Positions 45,693 through 54,064 of a stretch of 64,000 bases of DNA are shown here, one piece after another (the first letter of the stretch is position 1; every line of letters starts with the position of its first letter). Position numbers and translations under genes: made by a program. The notes below the pieces were generated by a model. It worked only from the letters and a program-made list of their open reading frames with translations. It had not been told where the DNA came from and did no database searches. The stretch is from sequence record PQ724393.1. One strand, 5' to 3'. The stretch is from a phage.

Positions 45693-45721
45693 ATAGTATC
45701 ATTTCTACTGGAGATGTAAAC
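45693..45721 (-). promoter_or_regulatory. conserved early promoter
   Basis: GTTTAC-17-TGATACTATAGACCTATCAAC; arms CTCCAGTAG/CTACTGGAG. Confidence 0.6.
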
Positions 45722-45723
45722 AA

Positions 45724-46065
45724 CTAATAAAAACTTTTTTCACCTGCTTGCCCACTAAACCATGCGGATTGAGTGTTCTCTTTCCGTTGGTGTTTAATAC
45801 GAATAAGGTATTCGTTCCTGATGGCGCAGAGTTCATCTCTGAAGTCGACTGCCAACTTAACCTGCTTACGGTCTAGATTTATTAAGGCCTGCGTCTTCGC
45901 GGCCAAGGCCAGTCTCTTGTAGTCTCCTTCTTCACAATCGGTTTTGTAAACCTTCTCGGCGAATTGGTGTTTAAATTCATTATCATAGTCTTCAATAGAC
46001 TGTTTCATGGCATTAGAGTATTTCAACTCTGCTTTTATAAGGTCATAACTAAATTGTTCGAACAT
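45724..46065 (-). CDS. hypothetical protein (113 aa)
   Basis: Track ORF. Confidence 0.5.
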   Translation of the reverse strand: MFEQFSYDLIKAELKYSNAMKQSIEDYDNEFKHQFAEKVYKTDCEEGDYKRLALAAKTQALINLDRKQVKLAVDFRDELCAIRNEYLIRIKHQRKENTQSAWFSGQAGEKSFY

Positions 46066-46075
46066 AATTTCACCT

Positions 46076-47056
46076 TTATTTCAGAAGTGTAACTTCAGCG
46101 ATTTCGCTCCAGTCATTTTTATCGGTGGCAATGAAGTCCGCCAGATAAAGAGCCGTACGTAATGATACGTTACGAAGACGAGATACATTGGCCTTCATCC
46201 AGGACAGTGCTTGATAAGTCTCAGCATCAGTCAGACCTCGATTTTGCAACATATCAGTGGAAAGGATAACGTCTTCAACACGAACCATAATCTCTTCGTT
46301 AGAGTGAACTCCGAGGTCTAAGTAAACTGAACGAGATACTAAAGCCTGGAGGTGTGGAGCAAGTTTAGTGCCACGTTCTAATTCACGGTCAATATCAACG
46401 TTGGTGATGAACACGATGGTGCCTTCATATTCGAATTCTTTATCGATATTTTTATCATCGAGGTAAGAACTTGAAGTGCTCCAGCACACCTTACGTTTTT
46501 CACCGGTATCCAATGCCGCTTTTAACAGGTTCAGGATATCCATATCAGAGAATACATCGACATCATCGATAAGAAGAACACTATTAGGGCCGCGGTTATT
46601 CCAAAGCTGCTCGTAAAGACCGATTCCACTAATCTTTCCGTTGATTGATTTATATTCGATAGTTTCATTTTCGTGGGCATTCTGTAATGCTTTATCCAAA
46701 GAATACGTTTTACCAATACCTGCGGCACCAGAGATGATAAGGGAACGAATTTTACCATCGATGATTCCGTTAGTCATCATGTTCATTACTTTAAAACGTT
46801 TGTTGATGCGATGCTTCATTTCTTCAGCGGATTCAGTAACCATTGCAGGAGCTTCAGCACCTTCCATTTCAACATCACATTTGAACACCCATATACCACG
46901 TTCAACACCATCAATCTGTACGAATACCTTACCATCACCGAGGTGAGCTTCGGATTCATGAATTTTGTTAGGGAACCAGGTTTTACCTGAACTCATGAAC
47001 GTACCAGAGATTTCATTACCGCGATAGATACCTTTGTTGATTTTGATAGTTAACAT
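46076..47056 (-). CDS. P-loop NTPase (Walker A/B), family unassigned
   Basis: Start reset to ATG 47056 (SD GGAGAA); Walker A ISGAAGIGKT, Walker B VLLIDDVD. Confidence 0.6.
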   Translation of the reverse strand: MLTIKINKGIYRGNEISGTFMSSGKTWFPNKIHESEAHLGDGKVFVQIDGVERGIWVFKCDVEMEGAEAPAMVTESAEEMKHRINKRFKVMNMMTNGIIDGKIRSLIISGAAGIGKTYSLDKALQNAHENETIEYKSINGKISGIGLYEQLWNNRGPNSVLLIDDVDVFSDMDILNLLKAALDTGEKRKVCWSTSSSYLDDKNIDKEFEYEGTIVFITNVDIDRELERGTKLAPHLQALVSRSVYLDLGVHSNEEIMVRVEDVILSTDMLQNRGLTDAETYQALSWMKANVSRLRNVSLRTALYLADFIATDKNDWSEIAEVTLLK

Positions 47057-47093
47057 TATATTCTCCGTTTCACTCAGTAGATTTGATAGGTCC

Positions 47094-47122
47094 ATAATAA
47101 CATGCTCTACGAGGTTGTAAAC
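47094..47122 (-). promoter_or_regulatory. putative early promoter
   Basis: GTTTAC-17-TATTAT upstream of P-loop NTPase gene. Confidence 0.45.
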
Positions 47123-47140
47123 ACTTTTTTGCACTAAACC

Positions 47141-47165
47141 CAAAAAAGGACCCCGAAGGGTCCTA
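47141..47165 (-). terminator. rho-independent terminator
   Basis: AGGACCC-TTCG-GGGTCCT followed by TTTTTTGGG. Confidence 0.7.
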
Positions 47166-47387
47166 AATTGCGCTCCAATAATTATGGAAGCGGATATTAT
47201 TGATAGCCCAGTTAATACAACGTCTTATCTGCTTAGTCGTAGGCTTGCATACGTACTTGAAATTGATTCTTCTACCGGTTTCTCTACAAACTACTTCAAG
47301 ATACCAACGACAGGTTTTATGAGGTCTTCCATATGACAGGAAAACCTTGATTTCTTCTTTAACGGTAATAAGAGTTGTGGTTGTCAA
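47163..47387 (-). CDS. small basic protein, PTKRQ-motif family
   Basis: CKPTTKQIRRCINW; stop inside terminator hairpin. Confidence 0.45.
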   Translation of the reverse strand: MTTTTLITVKEEIKVFLSYGRPHKTCRWYLEVVCRETGRRINFKYVCKPTTKQIRRCINWAINNIRFHNYWSAI

Positions 47388-48369
47388 GATACACCTCTTC
47401 GACGAACTTGTCCCAGAACTTCATGTCCACCTTCGCAGGCATACCGTTCTTAGCAGCCCAGATGGCATTGGTTTCGACTTCGTCTACAATAGCTTCAAGT
47501 TCGGCCTGCACATCTTTAAAAGCATGTAACCCCTGTTTGATTTCAAGGATAAATGGCGCAGTACGTAAAGGGTATTGAAGGTCACCAGTTTGATAGATTT
47601 CCTTCAACTGGTATCCGGCCCTATAAGCATGACTCAGAGCTTTCCAGTCAATACCTTCATTGGCTTCTGCCTTACGAGCACGTTCACCATATTCGGCGTC
47701 AAGCTTATTCAGAGATTGCTTGAGCTCGATTAATGACAAAGTAGTCTGATATTTACGTCCGAGAACAGTATAGAACGTTTGTGGGCCTGTTTTCTCATGG
47801 TTATGGAATACCCATTCACAGAATTCGTTTTCAGGGAGCCGATGTTTGATATCTTCTACCTTAGTGCGACGAAGACGGTCCGGAATTCCTTCTTGATAAT
47901 CAACCCATTGTTCAGGAATCTGGTTGACTATTGCCAATACACCACGCAGAGCAGCCAGTCGAGAACCTTTAACACCATATTTGGAAGCTTGCTTGCGGAC
48001 ATACCCTAAATAGGCTTTCATGTTGGTTGTATAGAACCGTGAACGGTTGTCTTGGATAAATTTCCATACGTCAGGTAAATCGGATTTGACAACCAGGTCA
48101 GCCGGTGTGTGAATCATGTCCAGGGCAACGGTTTCGCCATCGGCTGCCAGTTTAAAGAAATATTTCAGACTATAAAGTTCATGGTCAACATCATCTTTTG
48201 TATTTTTGGTAGCCGTGTTATTCGTGTTCAGGTTTGTATGGTTCATAGCCGTACCTAACAGAATATCACGCGGATGTGGAACAAAGATTTCTTTAAAATC
48301 GATATCAGATTCCGGAGTACTTGTTCCATAAAGGTGGGAGCCAAAATATCCCTTCATAACTGTTCTCAT
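47359..48369 (-). CDS. nucleotidyltransferase-fold protein (Pol-beta superfamily)
   Basis: 336 aa; N-terminal FGSHLYGTSTPESDIDF (GS-x9-13-DxD signature). Confidence 0.6.
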   Translation of the reverse strand: MRTVMKGYFGSHLYGTSTPESDIDFKEIFVPHPRDILLGTAMNHTNLNTNNTATKNTKDDVDHELYSLKYFFKLAADGETVALDMIHTPADLVVKSDLPDVWKFIQDNRSRFYTTNMKAYLGYVRKQASKYGVKGSRLAALRGVLAIVNQIPEQWVDYQEGIPDRLRRTKVEDIKHRLPENEFCEWVFHNHEKTGPQTFYTVLGRKYQTTLSLIELKQSLNKLDAEYGERARKAEANEGIDWKALSHAYRAGYQLKEIYQTGDLQYPLRTAPFILEIKQGLHAFKDVQAELEAIVDEVETNAIWAAKNGMPAKVDMKFWDKFVEEVYLDNHNSYYR

Positions 48370-49133
48370 TATTCACCTCTTTCATAGTCTTCAATAAATT
48401 GCATAATTAAACGTTGATAGTTGGATTTGGGATATCCTAATTTACTAATATAGGTTCCGAAAGCTCCACGCTTAGGCCTATTTAATTTAACCCATAAAGA
48501 ATAAAGCAAATCATAATCTTGCCAATGTTTCCCTATTCTTTGCTTTGCTTTAGAAGCATCAGATTGCCTCTTTTTAGTCTCTGGATTATTTAGAGATTTC
48601 TTAACAGCATTCGAATGCCTTTCTCTAACATCAGGGCGTTTAAATGCTTCTTTAATAGCTTTAGAAATTTTCTCTTTAACTTCAGGACGGTTTTGAGCTT
48701 CTATTTGAGCCGCCGACATTTTATCTTTTATTTCTGGTAGACTCATAGTTATAGAACGTTTATTTCTATATTCTTCAGTCTTCCATATTTCTTTCATCGT
48801 ATTTGAGTGAATTTCTGAAAATTTTTCTCTAACTAATTGATACCCTCTAGAAGTTAGTTTAAGATTTCTTCCTAAAGAATCCTCGCCAAAGTTATAAAAT
48901 GACCACCAGGCATAAATTAATCCTGAAGAATCAGAATGAATTCTAGCTAGAAGCCAGTGTGCTATAAAATGTTCTCTAGCTGTCAACAGAACCAAATTAT
49001 TAGGTTCATCACTCCCGCCAATACATGACGGGATTATATGATGGGACTCTGTATAAAAATTTAATTTGGATTTGTCTAATCCTCTAAGTTTACCTCTTTG
49101 GATTAGACTATCATAAAGCTTGGTATAATTCAT
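48369..49133 (-). CDS. HNH homing endonuclease (Mob-like)
   Basis: HNH core ESHHIIPSCIGGSDEPNNLVLLTAREHFIAH; repetitive basic C-terminus; no SD before ATG 49133. Confidence 0.7.
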   Translation of the reverse strand: MNYTKLYDSLIQRGKLRGLDKSKLNFYTESHHIIPSCIGGSDEPNNLVLLTAREHFIAHWLLARIHSDSSGLIYAWWSFYNFGEDSLGRNLKLTSRGYQLVREKFSEIHSNTMKEIWKTEEYRNKRSITMSLPEIKDKMSAAQIEAQNRPEVKEKISKAIKEAFKRPDVRERHSNAVKKSLNNPETKKRQSDASKAKQRIGKHWQDYDLLYSLWVKLNRPKRGAFGTYISKLGYPKSNYQRLIMQFIEDYERGE

Positions 49134-49591
49134 TATGGATTTGTTTTGTCCTCGAAGTGGATTACAGGACACATCTTAGATTTACGAGCTTTAATGTATT
49201 GAATAACGATATTTTCTTTAGTTTCTCGGCCTTCACGCTCAGCTTGAATACGTTGCCATTCCTTTTCTTCTCTACGGGCATCATACCATGCGTGTAAATT
49301 CATCGCACCAAATGCCAAACCGATGGATAGTGCAATAATAAGAGCTATTACAATCAACCCTAAAACAAACCCTAGACTCAACAGAACAGGAGTACTTAAT
49401 ACAAAGAAATGCTCTAATACACCAGCTCCTGCAACAGTTAATCCAAAAAGCGTACTACCTGCAACAACAGCACAAGCAAAACAAGCCCAAATCATTTTCC
49501 AGAAATATGCACATAAAGAGTGTGGTCGAGAATGGCTGTCATAAAAACGGTCGTGTAATTTAACGTGCCAAGAGTTTGAATTGATAATCAT
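49133..49591 (-). CDS. membrane protein (152 aa)
   Basis: SD AAGGAAA; long hydrophobic segments then basic tail. Confidence 0.55.
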   Translation of the reverse strand: MIINSNSWHVKLHDRFYDSHSRPHSLCAYFWKMIWACFACAVVAGSTLFGLTVAGAGVLEHFFVLSTPVLLSLGFVLGLIVIALIIALSIGLAFGAMNLHAWYDARREEKEWQRIQAEREGRETKENIVIQYIKARKSKMCPVIHFEDKTNP

Positions 49592-49601
49592 AATATTTTC
49601 C

Positions 49602-50162
49602 TTAAGAGTTCATAGTTGGGATAACAGAGTTCAGATAAGAGACTAAAGCCTTAAGCTCGTCCTTAGTAAATACCACTTCATTTTCACCGTCATGTCTTTG
49701 GACAATGGACAACAAATCACGACCCTGATGTTGATACACGGATAATTCGGTATCATAATCCAGTTCTTCTTCATCACCTTCAAATGTTTCACTAGAACGA
49801 ATTACAGCATCTTGTCCAGGGACTTTCCATTCAACTTCTGGCTTGCATTCTTCCTGGAAGAGTTTGAAAATACATTTAAAGAAATTACTAGAATCGCTAA
49901 TGCTTAGGCATTCCGTATCAGTTTCGATATTAAACCCGTTGTCATGGTTATAAATCTGGGCCCACATATCATCATTAATATCAAATACACCTCTAAAACT
50001 ACCATTAAGATATTCGTGTTTGTCCAAAACCTTTAAATCGTAAAGTGGTTTGATATCTTGGATAGTCAGTACGATTTTATCGTCTTCTTGTGAAAGCACA
50101 ATTGCATTATCAACTACTTCAGCGGTCAGGTCACCAAACAGCCCAGATGTTTCAATAATCAT
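49602..50162 (-). CDS. hypothetical acidic protein (186 aa)
   Basis: Track ORF. Confidence 0.5.
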   Translation of the reverse strand: MIIETSGLFGDLTAEVVDNAIVLSQEDDKIVLTIQDIKPLYDLKVLDKHEYLNGSFRGVFDINDDMWAQIYNHDNGFNIETDTECLSISDSSNFFKCIFKLFQEECKPEVEWKVPGQDAVIRSSETFEGDEEELDYDTELSVYQHQGRDLLSIVQRHDGENEVVFTKDELKALVSYLNSVIPTMNS

Positions 50163-50172
50163 TTTCCGTTCC

Positions 50173-50355
50173 TCATTTCACATTTTGTTTAATAAAATTT
50201 AACAACTCTTTAAGAGCTTCATCTTCTTCTTTAGAAAGCCTGCTGCATTCACTAGCTGGGTAATCATTGCAAAACGCAGTTTCAAATCTAGCAACTGTAC
50301 CTGCATAGGCCTCGATAAGCTCTTCAAGCTTTAAATGCTTTTCTTCGGTTTTCAT
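50173..50355 (-). CDS. small acidic protein (60 aa)
   Basis: Resembles other ~60-aa acidic ORFs at 50676, 52822, 53016. Confidence 0.45.
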   Translation of the reverse strand: MKTEEKHLKLEELIEAYAGTVARFETAFCNDYPASECSRLSKEEDEALKELLNFIKQNVK

Positions 50356-50358
50356 AAA

Positions 50359-50556
50359 TCACCGGTTATGTTTTAAAATACTATAAAGCTCTTCGACCTG
50401 GCTCGCATTCAGACAAATCATATCATTTTCTTGTTGGAGCGTAATTCCACCTTTTTCTTCCCAATCTTTAACAAAGATGTCATCGTCAGATTCTTCAACA
50501 TCTGCCAAGAGGACAATAATACCGTCTTCAGAATTACCACTTGGGTCGTATAACAT
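50359..50556 (-). CDS. hypothetical acidic protein (65 aa)
   Basis: Start reset to ATG 50556 with SD GAGGAAA. Confidence 0.45.
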   Translation of the reverse strand: MLYDPSGNSEDGIIVLLADVEESDDDIFVKDWEEKGGITLQQENDMICLNASQVEELYSILKHNR

Positions 50557-50675
50557 TACAGTTTCCTCGCTAACCATGAAAAGAATAAACCAATTAAAAC
50601 AGGCCCTATAAGCATTGTTAACCAAGCCCAGGGTTCTAAGTAATAAATCATCTCATACTCCTGTGCCATCAGCCA

Positions 50676-50858
50676 TTATGCTTTCAACTCATTAAGATAC
50701 TCAACCAATGCAGCTTTAGAATTAGCCAAATCTCGTTTACACTGCTCTATTCCGGAATATGAATAGCCTTCACAATATTCAACGGCCAGGTCATTGGATG
50801 CGTTTTCAATGTGCTGGGCGAGTTTAAGGATTTGTTCAATCTGTTCAGTAGTTAACAT
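50676..50858 (-). CDS. small acidic protein (60 aa)
   Basis: Track ORF; paralog family. Confidence 0.45.
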   Translation of the reverse strand: MLTTEQIEQILKLAQHIENASNDLAVEYCEGYSYSGIEQCKRDLANSKAALVEYLNELKA

Positions 50859-50862
50859 AATA

Positions 50863-51099
50863 TCACCAGTATTTGTTGATAGTAGAAATTAATTCTTGGG
50901 CTTGGGTGGTTTTCAGTTTACATCCACAACCCTTTAATGTGTCTTTAAGGAGCCACGGTTCCTTGAGCTCGTCTTTTTCTAGGCGAATTCTATATCCTCG
51001 ATAATCGGCAAAGATACTTCGGTCGTCGAATATCTTAATCTCAAGGATACGACCGTTGATTTCATATTCTAATGAAACCGTAGTACTTGTAAGTTTCAC
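50863..51099 (-). CDS. hypothetical protein (78 aa), GTG start
   Basis: SD GAGGAGAA before GTG; conserved promoter upstream. Confidence 0.5.
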   Translation of the reverse strand: MKLTSTTVSLEYEINGRILEIKIFDDRSIFADYRGYRIRLEKDELKEPWLLKDTLKGCGCKLKTTQAQELISTINKYW

Positions 51100-51127
51100 A
51101 CCGTTCTCCTCATTAGTTGATAGGTCT

Positions 51128-51156
51128 ATAGTATCACGTTCCTAGAGGATGTAAAT
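51128..51156 (-). promoter_or_regulatory. conserved early promoter (variant -35 ATTTAC)
   Basis: ATTTAC-17-TGATACTATAGACCTATCAAC. Confidence 0.55.
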
Positions 51157-51162
51157 ACCTAA

Positions 51163-51193
51163 ACGAAAAAAAGGTCCCACCGAAGTGAGACCT
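51163..51193 (-). terminator. rho-independent terminator
   Basis: AGGTCTCAC-TTCG-GTGGGACCT followed by TTTTTTTCG. Confidence 0.65.
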
Positions 51194-51197
51194 TTGA

Positions 51198-51581
51198 TTA
51201 TTCTAACGTTAACAAATATTTAGTCTGGTAAAAGACCCCAGTGATATCGTCCAAAGTCGACTGGATGGCCTTAGGAAGGGTATCATAGATTTTATCAGAT
51301 GCTTTAAGAAGCTCGTCAAGGAAATCTACAGGGTCCTTAGGCAAGTCTGAAGCAGACGGTAATGATGCTTTATATTCTTTGCCACTGAATCCAAGATATT
51401 GCTCACTAAATTGGTCCAGCGGTCCTTGAACTTCTACATAATAGAAGTCATACGCTTTGTGTCTTGCATAGCTTTTGGTTTCTAAATGGGCTGACTTAAA
51501 ATAGGCTAAAGAAACCAGTAGCCAACCAATATAAGAATCCACTTCAGACCCTCGACCGGGTACGAAATCATTGAACTTCAT
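51198..51581 (-). CDS. hypothetical protein (127 aa)
   Basis: Track ORF; terminator downstream. Confidence 0.5.
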   Translation of the reverse strand: MKFNDFVPGRGSEVDSYIGWLLVSLAYFKSAHLETKSYARHKAYDFYYVEVQGPLDQFSEQYLGFSGKEYKASLPSASDLPKDPVDFLDELLKASDKIYDTLPKAIQSTLDDITGVFYQTKYLLTLE

Positions 51582-51861
51582 CTTCCACCTTCATTAGTTT
51601 TGCATAACGCTCTCCGATGGCACGACCCTCAATTGAGCACGCTTCTATAGTCCGACAACTTGATATCTTCCAAGAAGCCGTAACATAGGCCCAATAGTCT
51701 TCGGAGGCCTTTATGCTAGGTCTACTCATTTGCGCATAAACAGGCATCGCACTACTAGCAAATGCATCCATCAATTTATCGTGAGTATTATTTGCTAGTG
51801 AAACTGTAGGGCTTAAACATCCCGCCATAAGGATACAAGCCGCTGTACGGAAAATATCCAT
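51568..51861 (-). CDS. putative secreted/lipoprotein (97 aa)
   Basis: Signal peptide with LMAGC lipobox-like motif. Confidence 0.5.
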   Translation of the reverse strand: MDIFRTAACILMAGCLSPTVSLANNTHDKLMDAFASSAMPVYAQMSRPSIKASEDYWAYVTASWKISSCRTIEACSIEGRAIGERYAKLMKVEDEVQ

Positions 51862-51953
51862 ACAAAAGTCCTTTGTTGTTTTATACTATTTGCCTTTCGG
51901 CCTTAACCGATAGCGATTACCAAAAGCTAAAGCTCTACGGTTAGTATTATTAT

Positions 51954-52232
51954 TTATAGCTTTTTAAGCTTACGACAATAAGAATAGAACACGTCGTTAA
52001 AATTATGCTCAACCCAATTCCTCTGTATAGGCGAGGTAATGGAAAGCATATAATGGGCTTTAATTAAATCCATCCCATTTTTATTAGGACATTCTTTATT
52101 ATTAGCATTATACGTCGCCGCTACAACCTCTATCTCTCTTTTGTAAGCCACATCATCCATGATAGGCGAAAGAACAATATAAGAAATAGCCACAGCGAAC
52201 GCTAGAATTAAAATCTTTGAATTTAGGTCCAT
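51954..52232 (-). CDS. small membrane protein (92 aa)
   Basis: N-terminal TM helix. Confidence 0.5.
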   Translation of the reverse strand: MDLNSKILILAFAVAISYIVLSPIMDDVAYKREIEVVAATYNANNKECPNKNGMDLIKAHYMLSITSPIQRNWVEHNFNDVFYSYCRKLKKL

Positions 52233-52239
52233 AGTACCC

Positions 52240-52812
52240 TCAACTCGTTATTTCTATCCAGTGCTTCCTGCACAATGACACGTAAGAATCGTTGCCACCT
52301 ATAGAAACTTGGGCTCCGTCCTTAATTGCGACACCATCTTGGACCCTAGCAGTCATAGTAGCTTTACGGCCGCAATGGCACACACCTTTGTACTCAACGA
52401 GCTTATCTGCTGTAGCGAGTAATTCAGCAGAGCCAGGAAACAGTTTACCCTGAAAATCAGTTCTTAGTCCATAACACATAACTGGAACATTATAATTGTC
52501 TACTATCTTCGCCAGTTGTTTTATCTGTGCAGGTTCTAAGAACTGTGCTTCATCCACAAATACGCAGTGGATATCTTTTTGAGATTCAGCCCAACGATAG
52601 AACTCGTATAGGTCCATATCCGGAGTCACTGCATTAGCCTCTTGACTAATCCCTATACGAGACGAAATGGTATGGCTTGATTCTCTATTGTCTATCGCAG
52701 GCTTTAAAAGGAGTACGCCCATACCACGTTCTTTGTAGTTATGAGCTGCCGTTAGCAATGAAGCTGTCTTACCTGAGTTCATTGCCGCATAGTGAAACAT
52801 CAAACTTGCCAT
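52240..52812 (-). CDS. tk: thymidine kinase
   Basis: 190 aa; MASLMFHYAAMNSGKTASLL...VFVDEAQF...CHCG matches recalled T4 Tk. Confidence 0.9.
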   Translation of the reverse strand: MASLMFHYAAMNSGKTASLLTAAHNYKERGMGVLLLKPAIDNRESSHTISSRIGISQEANAVTPDMDLYEFYRWAESQKDIHCVFVDEAQFLEPAQIKQLAKIVDNYNVPVMCYGLRTDFQGKLFPGSAELLATADKLVEYKGVCHCGRKATMTARVQDGVAIKDGAQVSIGGNDSYVSLCRKHWIEITS

Positions 52813-52821
52813 ATCACCTTC

Positions 52822-53007
52822 TTATTCTGTAATACTTTCCAGATAATTTTCTAAATCGTCTGAAGCCTTATTAAGGGCTTCTAGCGCTTTATAATAGTCT
52901 TCACGGGAGTAATATTCTGTATGAAGTTCTTCGTCGTATTCGCTTTTAGCATCAACAACAGTTTCAATCATATCCAGAATTTTATTTTTCTGTTCTTTAG
53001 TAATCAT
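52822..53007 (-). CDS. small acidic protein (61 aa)
   Basis: Paralog of 53016..53201. Confidence 0.45.
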   Translation of the reverse strand: MITKEQKNKILDMIETVVDAKSEYDEELHTEYYSREDYYKALEALNKASDDLENYLESITE

Positions 53008-53015
53008 AATATACC

Positions 53016-53201
53016 CTAAAGCGTATTCACATAAGCAATTAATTCGTTTTCTTTCTCATCAAATCTATTAGCAAATTCTTCCAGACGTTCGGCATCTATC
53101 GGGCCGTATTCATCGTAAAAAGCGTTTGCTTCGGTATGTTCATCCAAAAGCTCATGAATAAGCTCAAACAATCTACTTTTCTGACTAATACTTAAACTCA
53201 T
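53016..53201 (-). CDS. small acidic protein (61 aa)
   Basis: Paralog of 52822..53007. Confidence 0.45.
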   Translation of the reverse strand: MSLSISQKSRLFELIHELLDEHTEANAFYDEYGPIDAERLEEFANRFDEKENELIAYVNTL

Positions 53202-53404
53202 TTAGGTTCACCATATCGCACAAATTTAGGATGTTCGCAATAACCGGAATGAAAACCTTCACCCTTATGATTAGAACATCCTTTATTAGAACAGTACCAC
53301 CAGTAATCATATTCGCAATTCATTTCATCATTGCATAAAGCTGCGATTACCGGCCATTCACATTTTTCACATTTAGCCGTTTTAAGAATTCTAGCTTGGC
53401 TCAT
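53198..53404 (-). CDS. cysteine-rich small protein (68 aa)
   Basis: Start reset to ATG 53404 (ATGA overlap); multiple Cys pairs. Confidence 0.45.
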   Translation of the reverse strand: MSQARILKTAKCEKCEWPVIAALCNDEMNCEYDYWWYCSNKGCSNHKGEGFHSGYCEHPKFVRYGEPK

Positions 53405-53613
53405 AACCATTGCACCTTTAAGCAATATTCTTCTACATGCTGTTTACGTTTATTTTTATCTATAAAAGTATATTCAACATATTCACCGATATACCATTTA
53501 TCAGTGTTGTGTTGACTTTTTATAGGGCATTTAGTTACTCGGGTTTCGGTCCAGCGCCGAATAATTTCAGCTTTATTTTTAGGGTCAAACGGATGCGGGT
53601 AATGTGCTTTCAT
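53401..53613 (-). CDS. hypothetical protein (70 aa)
   Basis: Track ORF; SD GGTGGA. Confidence 0.45.
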   Translation of the reverse strand: MKAHYPHPFDPKNKAEIIRRWTETRVTKCPIKSQHNTDKWYIGEYVEYTFIDKNKRKQHVEEYCLKVQWL

Positions 53614-54064
53614 AATCCACCACTATTAAATCAATATCAGGGGTAAACATGTCGATTAATTTAGAAACCTTTTCCCAATCACCGCCAGCAATACCACAAC
53701 CGATGCGAGGAATATAAATTCTTGGTTTAAACAAAAGGGTTTCTGCTTGTAGATTTAATTCTATCATACAGTTTACTAAAGCACCGTAATCAAGATTAGG
53801 GCCGGGTTCGTATTGGGTGTATAAATTATAGCACATTGCAAATCCATTAGGCTTATGTTTAAAAACAATAGACATATCGCCTAATTTATCACGAGAACCG
53901 TATTCAGTAGTGGTCTTATCAATTTCTAAGATTTTAGGATAGGCTCTTGCTAATTGACCGGCCACGCCTGAACCCATAGTATGAAAACAGTTGCACCCAT
54001 GTGCAATAATATTACCTTGGAGAAACAGGGCGACGATATCGCCCTTAATATAATCAATAATCAT
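53585..54064 (-). CDS. macro-domain protein (ADP-ribose binding/hydrolase fold)
   Basis: 159 aa; NIIAHGCNCFHTMGSGVAGQL and PRIGCGIAGGDW match macro-domain signatures. Confidence 0.65.
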   Translation of the reverse strand: MIIDYIKGDIVALFLQGNIIAHGCNCFHTMGSGVAGQLARAYPKILEIDKTTTEYGSRDKLGDMSIVFKHKPNGFAMCYNLYTQYEPGPNLDYGALVNCMIELNLQAETLLFKPRIYIPRIGCGIAGGDWEKVSKLIDMFTPDIDLIVVDYESTLPASV

